64,000 bases of DNA from Candidatus Marinacidobacterium sp. Lineage in GTDB: Bacteria > Acidobacteriota > Vicinamibacteria > Marinacidobacterales > Marinacidobacteraceae. Where the stretch lies: positions 1,760,001 through 1,824,000 of the forward strand of contig OZ244852.1 of assembly GCA_965220965.1 (NCBI GenBank), written 5' to 3'. The stretch's first letter is position 1. Each line of letters begins with the position of its first letter. The notes under the pieces were generated by a model. That model searched no databases, was not told the DNA's origin, and saw only the letters and a list, made by a program, of their open reading frames with translations. Of the stretch, positions 56,010-64,000 are shown in pieces. The translations under genes were made by a program, and so were the position numbers.

Positions 56010-57335
56010 CTACATGTAGCGGGTCGGGTTCGCGGCGATCCGGCGGACGCTCGCGATCAGCGCGTCCACCTCGTGCGGCATGTTGTAGATGTGGGTCGAG
56101 GCGCGGACCGCGTTCAGGTTCCCGGTGCTCATCGTGCGGATGAAGACCCGGTCCTCCTCGAGGATCGCCTGCTGCAGGTTCTCCATCGGAATGTCGCCCA
56201 CCGAGAAGAGCGTGAGCCCGGCGGCGAGCTCGTTCCCCATCGAGGTCCAGAGCTTGACGCCGGGGATGTCGTTCAGGCCGTCCTTGAGCCGGCCCGCCAG
56301 CGACCGCACCCTCGCCTCGATGACGTCCTTGCCGATCACGTTCTGGAACTCCATCGACTTGACGAGGGCGAACTGGCTGGGAACGTGGCGCTGCCCGGTG
56401 TTCTCGTACTTCCGGGAGTCCTCGCGGAACCGCCGCTCGCCGTCTTCGCGGTAGGTCCCGGCCCCGATGAGCGGCCAGATGTCGCCCATCGTGTCCCGGC
56501 GGATGAAGGAGACGCCGGTGCCGGTGCCCGCCATGAGCCACTTCTGGCCGGCGCCGGCGTAGTGGTGGCAGGCCAGCTCGCGCATGTCGAGCGAGACCAT
56601 CCCGAGCGGATGCGCGCCGTCCACCGTGAGGTAGAGGTTGTGGCGGCCGCACAGCTCGGCGAGCTCGCGGACCGGCATCTGGAGCCCGGTGACGTAGGTC
56701 ATGTGGCTCACCATGATGGCCCGGGTGCGGGGGCCGATCGCGTCCTCGTAGATCGAGACGATCTGGTCCACGCTCTCCGGGGGAACCGGGATGTCCACCC
56801 ACTTGATCTCGACGCCGTAGCGCTCCCGGGCGTGGATGTAGGGCTCGATGCCGCCGTTGTGCTCGTGGGTGCACATCAGCACCTCGTCGCCCTCCCGCCA
56901 GTCGAGGCCGCGGCCGAAGATGTTCATCCCCTCGGTCGTGCTGCGGGTGTAGGAGACCTCGTCCGGTTCGGCGCCGATGAACTCCGCGACGATGGCGCGG
57001 CGCTCGTGGAGCTCGTCCCGCCGGTAGCCGTTCGTGGGATCGACCTGGATCTCGGCGTAGATCCGGGCCTCTTCGTCGGCGACCACCCGGGGCGTCGGGC
57101 CGAGGGTGCCGTTGTTCATGAACGCCATCCCGTCGACCACATTGAACTGGGAGCGCACTCTCCACCAGTAGTCCTCACCGGGGTTCGCCGGGGGCGTCAG
57201 GTCGGCGAGCGGGAGCGGCGGGACCGACCGCTGGACCACCGCGGCGGCGAGGCCCGGGGGGAGCGCCACCGCCCCGAAGGCGGCGGCCGAGGCGCCGAGA
57301 AAGCGGCGGCGGGAAAACAGCGACGGATCCGTCAC
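56010..57335 (-). CDS. Tat-exported class V PLP enzyme (isopenicillin-N epimerase / desulfurase-like)
   Basis: SRRRFLG; NNGTLG, TRSTTEG, EH, SH....TG, VDGAH, GQKWL (PLP Lys), R.STH.YN. Confidence 0.88.
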   Translation of the reverse strand: MTDPSLFSRRRFLGASAAAFGAVALPPGLAAAVVQRSVPPLPLADLTPPANPGEDYWWRVRSQFNVVDGMAFMNNGTLGPTPRVVADEEARIYAEIQVDPTNGYRRDELHERRAIVAEFIGAEPDEVSYTRSTTEGMNIFGRGLDWREGDEVLMCTHEHNGGIEPYIHARERYGVEIKWVDIPVPPESVDQIVSIYEDAIGPRTRAIMVSHMTYVTGLQMPVRELAELCGRHNLYLTVDGAHPLGMVSLDMRELACHHYAGAGQKWLMAGTGTGVSFIRRDTMGDIWPLIGAGTYREDGERRFREDSRKYENTGQRHVPSQFALVKSMEFQNVIGKDVIEARVRSLAGRLKDGLNDIPGVKLWTSMGNELAAGLTLFSVGDIPMENLQQAILEEDRVFIRTMSTGNLNAVRASTHIYNMPHEVDALIASVRRIAANPTRYM

Positions 57336-57522
57336 GGGAGAGCTCCTTGCCCCGCTGGAGGAACGCCGTCCCGGCGCTGTCCCGCGTCGGGGACGGATCC
57401 GGGCCCTCGGAGAGTCCGGCGCGCGTCCAGCCGGAATCGGCTGACGCTACCGGACTCCGGGCTCCGGTTCAACCGGCGCCCCCGCCGGTGCGGCGAAGAC
57501 GCTTCACGGATAATCCCGCACG

Positions 57523-58689
57523 ATGTCCGATGAGCCCACGACGATCCTGGTCGTTGATGACGAGCCCGACCTCGAAGTCCTGATCCGCCAGCGTTTCCGG
57601 AGACGGATCCGCCGGGGCGAGATGGCGTTCCTCTTCGCCCAGGACGGCGTGCAGGCCCTCGAGACGCTCGAGCGTCATGAGGAAGTCGAACTCATCATGA
57701 CGGACATCAACATGCCCCGGATGGACGGGCTGACGCTCCTGAACGAGCTGAAGGAGGCGAAGCCGAGGATCCGGGCGGTCGTGGTCTCCGCTTACGGGGA
57801 CATGCGGAACATCCGCACTGCGATGAACCGGGGGGCCTTCGACTTCGTGACGAAGCCGATCGACTTCCAGGATCTGGAGCTCACGATCGACAAGACGATG
57901 ACCCACCTGGCGGCGATGCGGGACGCGCTGAGCCAGCGGGCGCAGCTCCTCGCGCTTCACGAGGAGCTGCGGGTCGCGCGGAACATGCAGATGTCGATCC
58001 TCCCGAGGCAGTTTCCGTCGGCGGGCGACTCGGAGGTCCACGCGGTCATGACCCCGGCGCGCGATGTCGGCGGCGACTTCTACGACGTGTTCCGCCTCCC
58101 GGAAGACCGGCTGGGAGTCGTCATGGCCGATGTGTCGGGCAAGGGGGTCCCGGCGGCGCTGTTCATGATGGTGAGCCGCACGCTGGTCAAGGGACACGCG
58201 GTGAGCGCGCTCTCCCCGGCCGAGACCCTCACCGGGATCAACCGGCTGCTCGGGGAGGACAACGAACAGGCGATGTTCGTGACGCTCCTCTTCGGCGTCC
58301 TGGACGCGAAGACCGGCGTTTTCCGCTACGCGAACGCCGGACACTGTCCTCCGATCCTGGTCCGGCCCGGCGCCGAGCCAACCGAACTCCCCACGACGCC
58401 GGGCATCGCCCTCGGCGTCGTTCCCGAGATGCAGTACGTCGAGGCGAAGGCCCAGCTCGAGCCCGGCGACCGCCTGTTCCTCTACACCGACGGCGTCTCC
58501 GAGGCGGAAGGGCCGGATCAGGAGCTCTTCGAGGAGGGGCGCCTGAAGGCCGCCCTCGCCGGGGTCTCGGACCGGAGCCCCGAGGAGATCAACAACGCGG
58601 TTCTGGAGAGCGTGCGGTCGTTCACGAAGGGCGTGAGCCAGTCGGACGACATCACCTGCCTCACGCTCACCTACGGAGGTCCTTCGTGA
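57523..58689 (+). CDS. Receiver + PP2C (SpoIIE/RsbU-like) phosphatase
   Basis: ILVVDDE, TDINMP.MDG, KP; VGGDFYD, ADVSGKG, NAGH, YTDGV.E, SDDIT. Confidence 0.94.
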   Translation: MSDEPTTILVVDDEPDLEVLIRQRFRRRIRRGEMAFLFAQDGVQALETLERHEEVELIMTDINMPRMDGLTLLNELKEAKPRIRAVVVSAYGDMRNIRTAMNRGAFDFVTKPIDFQDLELTIDKTMTHLAAMRDALSQRAQLLALHEELRVARNMQMSILPRQFPSAGDSEVHAVMTPARDVGGDFYDVFRLPEDRLGVVMADVSGKGVPAALFMMVSRTLVKGHAVSALSPAETLTGINRLLGEDNEQAMFVTLLFGVLDAKTGVFRYANAGHCPPILVRPGAEPTELPTTPGIALGVVPEMQYVEAKAQLEPGDRLFLYTDGVSEAEGPDQELFEEGRLKAALAGVSDRSPEEINNAVLESVRSFTKGVSQSDDITCLTLTYGGPS

Positions 58690-59882
58690 CGACCGCCGCG
58701 CGGCGCCGGATGCGGACGGGGGCCTGGCGTCTCGCCACGCTCTTCGCGATCGCCGCGGTCGCCGCCGCGGCCCAGGAAGAGACCGGGCCGACGCCGGGGG
58801 TCACCGGCGACCGGATCCGGTTCGGGCAGTCGGCGGCGCTGAGCGGCCCGGCCGCCGAGCTGGGCCGGGGGATGCAGTTGGGGATCCAGGCGGCGTTCGC
58901 CGAGGTCAACGCTGCGGGAGGCGTCCACGGCAGGTCGCTCGAGCTCGTCTCGCTGGACGACGGGTACGAACCCGAGGCGGCGCTCGAGAACACCCGCGCG
59001 CTGCTGCGGGAAGAGGAAGTGTTCGCGCTCATCGGCGCGGTGGGGACCCCGACCTCGCGCGCGGCGGCGCCGATCGCCACCAGCGAGCGGGTCCCCTACA
59101 TCGGGCCGTTCACCGGCGCCGAGTTCCTCCGGGATCCGGCGGCAACTCCGACCGCGGTCAACGTCCGCGCCTCCTACTACCAGGAGACCGACGCCATGGT
59201 CGAGCGGCTCCAGCGCGACCTCGGGATCAACCGGATCGCCGTGCTCCACCAGGACGACTCCTACGGCAACGCCGGCCTCAGCGGCGTCCAGCGGGCGCTC
59301 GCGCGGCGCGGTCTGGAACTCACCGGACGCGCCTCCTACCAGCGAAACACGACCGCGGTGAAGACCGCGCTTCTCCAGTTGCGGCGGGTGCGTCCTGACG
59401 CGGTGATCATCATCGGCGCCTATCGGCCGGTGGGCGCCTTCGTGCGGTGGGCTCGCAAGATCGGCTTCGACCCGGTGATGATCAACATCTCCTTCGTGGG
59501 CGCCGACGCCCTCGCCGCCGACCTCGGCGCCGGGGGCGAAGGCGTCTTCGTCACCCAGGTGGTGCCGTTCCCGACGAACGATGCGCTCCCGGTCGTCCGC
59601 CGCTTCCGGGCGGCGCTGCGGGAGGTGGATCCGAGGGCGCGGGCGAGCCTGGTGGCGCTCGAGGGATACGTGGTCGGGCGGCTGACCGCCGAGGTGGTGG
59701 AAGCCGCCGGACGCGATCTCACCCGGCCCGGCTTCCTCGCGGCGCTGGCCACGCTCGAGCGGGTGGACCTCGGCGGGTTCACGCTCGGTTACGGGCCCGA
59801 GGACACCCAGGGATCCGACCGGGTGTTCTGGACCCGCATCGACCAGTTCGGCCGGCTCGTCCCGGTGAGCAGCCTGCGCTGA
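58686..59882 (+). CDS. Periplasmic substrate-binding protein (LivJ-like)
   Basis: GV....I.FGQS..LSGP, N..GGVHGR, DDGYEP, VGTPT, VRASY..E, DD.YG. Confidence 0.9.
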   Translation: MTTAARRRMRTGAWRLATLFAIAAVAAAAQEETGPTPGVTGDRIRFGQSAALSGPAAELGRGMQLGIQAAFAEVNAAGGVHGRSLELVSLDDGYEPEAALENTRALLREEEVFALIGAVGTPTSRAAAPIATSERVPYIGPFTGAEFLRDPAATPTAVNVRASYYQETDAMVERLQRDLGINRIAVLHQDDSYGNAGLSGVQRALARRGLELTGRASYQRNTTAVKTALLQLRRVRPDAVIIIGAYRPVGAFVRWARKIGFDPVMINISFVGADALAADLGAGGEGVFVTQVVPFPTNDALPVVRRFRAALREVDPRARASLVALEGYVVGRLTAEVVEAAGRDLTRPGFLAALATLERVDLGGFTLGYGPEDTQGSDRVFWTRIDQFGRLVPVSSLR

Positions 59883-59889
59883 TCGACCC

Positions 59890-62199
59890 ATGGGCTCCAC
59901 GAGCGACGACGAGCGCCTGAAGGGCGGCCCGGCGGACGACGCCCCGGCGCCGGAAACAGAGGCGGCCGCGCCGCCCGGACCCCCTCGAAAGTCGGGTCTC
60001 CGCGCCACCCTGGCGGGGCGCCTCCACCAGCTCGCCGCGCGGCTCGCCGCGCGGGTCGAGGGACAGCGCTGGAGCCTGAAGCTCCAGATCGGGGCGGGTC
60101 TCGGCGTCGCGGTCGGGTTCTCGGTGGCGGCGAGCGTCGCGGCGCTGATCGCGTTCTTCCAGGTCGGAACCCTCCAGCGGCGGATCAACACCGAGCATGT
60201 GCCGGCGCTCACCAACGCGGTGCAGATTGGCCAGCTCGCCGCCAATCTGGCCGGGAGCGCCCCGCGCGTGGTGGCCGCGGCGCGGAACCGGCGCCTCGCC
60301 GACGACTCCGGATCCGACGTGACCCCGCTCTCCGGAAGCGCCGAGGTGGACCTCCTCGAGGACGCCGCCCGGATCATCGAGCTCTCGTCCTCGCTCGAAT
60401 CCACCGAGCGGAGCGAGGGCCTCCAGCAGTTCTCCTCGGATCTGGCGGGGAACCTGCGCGCCATCCAGGTCTCGGTGGACTCGGCGGTCGCCATGGCGGA
60501 CCGGCTCGACGCGATCCAGGCGGAGGCGGTGGCGGGGCTCACCGTGCTGAACGAGCGGGTGGCGCCGGCGCTCGACGACCAGATCTTCTACATGGCCACC
60601 GGCCTCCGGGAGCTGACCGACTCGCCGGCGGCGGTCGCGCTGCGCGGCTCGGAGGCGGAGGTGATCCGGTACGAGGCGCTCAGCACGATCTGGTCGCGGG
60701 GCAACCTCGCGGTCAGCCTGCTGACCGACGTGGCGACGCAGGACGATCTGGAACTGGTGGAGACACTCGAGGAGCGATTCCGCGCCGCGGTGAACGGGGC
60801 GGCGCTGGCGCTGGCCTCGCTCGGCCCCCGGGCGCCTCCCGATGTCGGCGACACGCTCGCCGCGCTCCGCGAACTGGGAGTGGGGGAACAGGGCGCGTTC
60901 GATACGTCCCGCCAGTATCTGGGCGAACTCCGGAACCAGCTCACCTACCTCGTCCGGAACGAGGAGATCACCGGGTCGCTCGAAACCGCGGTGTCGGCGC
61001 TCACCGTCGGCCTGGAGGTCGAGGCGCTCGAAGCCACGAACGCCTCGGAAGCGGCGCTCTCGCTGGGTCGCGGCCTGCTGGTGATCCTGAACGTCGTCGG
61101 CCTCGGGGTCGCCGGCCTCGTCCTCTGGCTGTTCGTGGCCCGCCTCCTGATCCCCCGGCTCACGCGCCTCTCGCAGGCCATGCGGCGCATGGCGCAGGGC
61201 AACCTGGAGACCCAGATCGAGGTCCACGGGAAGGACGAGGTGGCCGAAATGGCGCAGGCGCTGGAGGTCTTCCGGCGCCACGCGATCGAGGTGCAGCGGC
61301 TCAATCTGGTGGAGCAGCTCCTCGCCCGGGTGGAGAAACAGAAGGGGGAGCTGGAAGCGACGCTCGAGGACCTGCAGCGGGCGCAGGACCAGATCGTCAT
61401 GCAGGAAAAGCTGGCGTCGCTCGGGCAGTTGACGGCGGGGATCGCCCACGAGATCAAGAACCCGCTGAACTTCGTGAACAACTTCGCCGAGGTCTCGAAC
61501 TCGCTGCTCGAGGACCTCCAGGCCGAGCTGGACGACGTCGCGAAGGCGCTGCCGGAGGAATCCCGGGAGGAGATCGCGGCCATCCGCAAGGATCTTGGCG
61601 GGAACCTGGAACGGATCGTCCACCACGGGAAGCGGGCGAGCTCCATCGTCTACGGGATGCTCGAACACGCCCGCAAGGAAGGCGGAGAGAAGCGGCCCAC
61701 CGCGATCAACCCGATGATCGAAGAGTTCATCGCGCTCGCGTTCCACTCGATGCGCGCCGCCGACAACACCTTCCAGATGACGATCACCAAGGACCTCCAG
61801 CCGGAAGTCGGCGAGATCGAAGGGGTTCCCCAGGACCTCTCGCGGGTCTTCCTGAACATCGTCACGAACGCCTGCCAGGCGACGCTCGAGAAGCAGCGCG
61901 CCCCGGAGACGCCGAAGGACTACGAGCCAACGCTGGAAGTCTCCAGCCGGCGGGACAACGGACGGGTCGAGGTCCGGATCCGCGACAACGGCCCGGGCAT
62001 CCCGGAGGAGAACGTGAAGAAGATCTTCGAGCCGTTCTTCACGACGAAGGACGCGAACCAGGGCACCGGCCTCGGGCTCTCGCTCGCGCACGATGTGGTT
62101 CGGGCCCACGGCGGGAGCCTCGAGGTGCAGTCGAAGGCGGGCGAGGGAACCGAGTTCGTGGTGAACCTGCCGGTCCGGTCCTCGGCGGCGGCGGCCTGA
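59890..62199 (+). CDS. Membrane sensor histidine kinase with HAMP domain
   Basis: 2 TMs around a long helical periplasmic domain; HAMP (DEV.EMA); LGQLTAGIAHEIKNPLN; N box; DNGPGI; IFEPFFTTK; GTGLGL. Confidence 0.95.
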   Translation: MGSTSDDERLKGGPADDAPAPETEAAAPPGPPRKSGLRATLAGRLHQLAARLAARVEGQRWSLKLQIGAGLGVAVGFSVAASVAALIAFFQVGTLQRRINTEHVPALTNAVQIGQLAANLAGSAPRVVAAARNRRLADDSGSDVTPLSGSAEVDLLEDAARIIELSSSLESTERSEGLQQFSSDLAGNLRAIQVSVDSAVAMADRLDAIQAEAVAGLTVLNERVAPALDDQIFYMATGLRELTDSPAAVALRGSEAEVIRYEALSTIWSRGNLAVSLLTDVATQDDLELVETLEERFRAAVNGAALALASLGPRAPPDVGDTLAALRELGVGEQGAFDTSRQYLGELRNQLTYLVRNEEITGSLETAVSALTVGLEVEALEATNASEAALSLGRGLLVILNVVGLGVAGLVLWLFVARLLIPRLTRLSQAMRRMAQGNLETQIEVHGKDEVAEMAQALEVFRRHAIEVQRLNLVEQLLARVEKQKGELEATLEDLQRAQDQIVMQEKLASLGQLTAGIAHEIKNPLNFVNNFAEVSNSLLEDLQAELDDVAKALPEESREEIAAIRKDLGGNLERIVHHGKRASSIVYGMLEHARKEGGEKRPTAINPMIEEFIALAFHSMRAADNTFQMTITKDLQPEVGEIEGVPQDLSRVFLNIVTNACQATLEKQRAPETPKDYEPTLEVSSRRDNGRVEVRIRDNGPGIPEENVKKIFEPFFTTKDANQGTGLGLSLAHDVVRAHGGSLEVQSKAGEGTEFVVNLPVRSSAAAA

Positions 62200-62252
62200 A
62201 GACCCCGGGGCGATGACGGAGCGCCCGGTCATCACGTGACGGACCGCGCCTG

Positions 62253-62591
62253 ATGCGAACCGTCGTCGCCGTCGCCCTCCTCGCGTTCCAGATCGTCATG
62301 GTCGGGTACGCGCGCTTCGTCCCATCCCGCTACTTCTGCTGGGCGCCGATGGACTCCCAGAACCTCTACTCGATCACCGTGGTCATCGGGGACCGCGCGC
62401 TGAGCCCCGCGGAAATCGGGGCCCGCTACCGGCAGCCGGCGGAGGGCGGCAACTGGCAGGCGATCCAGCACGTGCTCGACAAGGTCCGGCAGTACGAAGC
62501 GACCTACGGACTCGGTGACGGCGCCCGGGTCACGGTCGTCTACACCGTCAACGGCGGACCGGAGGAGACCTGGGTCTGGCCGCCTCCATGA
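62253..62591 (+). CDS. Small membrane-anchored hypothetical protein
   Basis: N-terminal TM; RYFCWAP; QYEATYG; ATGA-coupled to the next gene. Confidence 0.7.
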   Translation: MRTVVAVALLAFQIVMVGYARFVPSRYFCWAPMDSQNLYSITVVIGDRALSPAEIGARYRQPAEGGNWQAIQHVLDKVRQYEATYGLGDGARVTVVYTVNGGPEETWVWPPP

Positions 62592-63754
62592 AGCCCTCGT
62601 GGAATCCGCTCCGGCTGAGCGGCGGGCCGCTGCCCGTCCCGGTCCTGCTGGCGGCCAAGCTGCTCGTCGTCACGATGCTGGCGACCGGCCATGTGGGGAC
62701 CCTGCCGGATCCGTTCCTTCCGTTCCTGCCGGTCTTCGACCGGATCGGAGCGCCGGAGGGGTTCCGGGCGGCGCTGCAGATCCTGTTCCTCCTCGGGTCC
62801 GCCGCCCTGCTCCTGAATCGCCGCGTCCGGCTCGCGTCCCTGGTGGTGGGCGCGACGATCCTCGTCGGCATCGCCGCTTCCCGGATCTACTGGGCCAACA
62901 ACACCTTCTTCTGCGGAGCGATCCTGACGCTCATCGGACTCCATTCCTCCGAGCGGTCGGTGTGGCTCCTGCGGGTTCAGGTCGCGCTGATCTACTTCGG
63001 CGCCGGGCTCAACAAGTTGCTCGACCCCGACTGGCTCTCGGGGCGGTTCTTCGAGCACTGGACCTTCGTCAACCTCGGGCACGATCTCTACATGCGGGCG
63101 GCGGCCCTGCTGCCGCCGATGGCGCTCTCGACGTTCATGGGCTGGGCGACGATCGCCACCGAGCTGAGCCTCGCCGCCGGATTCGCCGTGCAGCGCCTCT
63201 GGCCGCTCGCGATCTGGCTGGGCATCCTCTTCCATGCGGCGATGACCGTCTTCAGCGGCATCACCTTCGTGCTGTTCTTCTATGTCGCGCCCGCCGCCTA
63301 CCTGGCGTTCGCCCGCTGGCCCCGGACGACCATGGAAGTCATCTACGACGGCGACTGCGGGATCTGCGCGAAGACGAAGCGGTGGTTCGAAGCCCTCGAC
63401 CTCGAGGGCGCGTTCCGCTGGACCGCCCACCAGAGCGGCGTCTGCGAACGGCTGGGGATCCCGATCGGCGCGGCCCGGGCGCGCCTTCAGCTCGTCGTGG
63501 GCGAGGACGGGCCGGTCGCCGAGGGCTTCCGCGCCTTCAAGCTGATGCTGCTCTACAACCCGCTGACGTATTTCGTCATGCTGGGGATCCTGCTGAGCCT
63601 GCACGAGGGGCCGGCGTGGGCCAGAAACCTCGCGACCCTCGGGATGATCGCGTTCTTCTTTCCGGCGTTCGACCGGATCGGCCAGGCGGTCTACGACCTG
63701 GTGGCCCGCAACCGGCATCGCGCCGGCGCCTCGCCGACCTGCGCGGTCGACTAA
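62588..63754 (+). CDS. HTTM-like membrane protein fused to DCC1-like (DUF393) thiol-disulfide domain
   Basis: Q...IYFGAGLNKL..DWLSG, E, G..FH; C-terminal YDGDCGIC...Y.LVARNR. Confidence 0.8.
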   Translation: MKPSWNPLRLSGGPLPVPVLLAAKLLVVTMLATGHVGTLPDPFLPFLPVFDRIGAPEGFRAALQILFLLGSAALLLNRRVRLASLVVGATILVGIAASRIYWANNTFFCGAILTLIGLHSSERSVWLLRVQVALIYFGAGLNKLLDPDWLSGRFFEHWTFVNLGHDLYMRAAALLPPMALSTFMGWATIATELSLAAGFAVQRLWPLAIWLGILFHAAMTVFSGITFVLFFYVAPAAYLAFARWPRTTMEVIYDGDCGICAKTKRWFEALDLEGAFRWTAHQSGVCERLGIPIGAARARLQLVVGEDGPVAEGFRAFKLMLLYNPLTYFVMLGILLSLHEGPAWARNLATLGMIAFFFPAFDRIGQAVYDLVARNRHRAGASPTCAVD

Positions 63755-63784
63755 GCGCCGGGAGACGCCGGGTGGAAGCCCCGA

Positions 63785-64000
63785 TCAGAAGCGGGGCGAC
63801 GTCAGGACGACGTCCGCGCGGGCCCAGGCGCGGAGGAACCGCCGCTGGACGCGCTCGGCCTCGGCCATCTTCCCCTGGGCGCGAAGCGACTCGAGCAGGC
63901 CGAAGAGCGACCAGCCGTTCTCGGGCCAGTCGCTGAGATCCTCGCGGAAGGCCACCTCGGCGTGGTCGGCCTTCCCGGCCTCCAGCAGGACCGCCCCGAG
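63785..64000 (-). CDS. C-terminal fragment of a TPR-like protein (start outside window)
   Basis: LGAVLLEAG..AE..FREDL..PENGWSLFGL..AWARADV.L.SPRF*. Confidence 0.8.
   Translation of the reverse strand, partial: LGAVLLEAGKADHAEVAFREDLSDWPENGWSLFGLLESLRAQGKMAEAERVQRRFLRAWARADVVLTSPRF

Overview
High-GC (roughly 70%) chromosomal window, most consistent with an Acidobacteriota genome. This is inferred from two Oar-like TonB-dependent receptors and the CRTAC1/TPR/multiheme, PQQ-propeller and YtcJ-like amidohydrolase genes; it is not proven. Housekeeping genes: ftsK (5' truncated), an AMIN-domain amidase, tRNA-Phe, recA, hbd, a thiolase and a dciA-like gene. Accessory content: a Tat-exported xanthine-dehydrogenase-family Mo-enzyme operon with uncharacterised accessory genes; many exported (Tat or lipoprotein) versions of normally cytoplasmic catabolic enzymes; HEPN-MNT and AbiEii-type pairs; a type II R-M cassette flanked by a long duplication of the neighbouring gene's 3' end; an RsbU/SBP/histidine-kinase module; and an HTTM-DCC fusion. 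Top leads: (1) an unannotated ~260-nt unit with a near-consensus promoter, a 15-aa leader peptide and alternative hairpins (46149-45854); (2) the R-M cassette with a 40-70 bp target duplication and no integrase; (3) a Mo-enzyme whose FAD subunit lacks the 4Fe-4S ligands next to a coupled Cys-rich mini-protein; (4) an exported D-amino-acid oxidase/RidA/HD-oxygenase cluster. All calls come from manual motif reading; no database searches were run.
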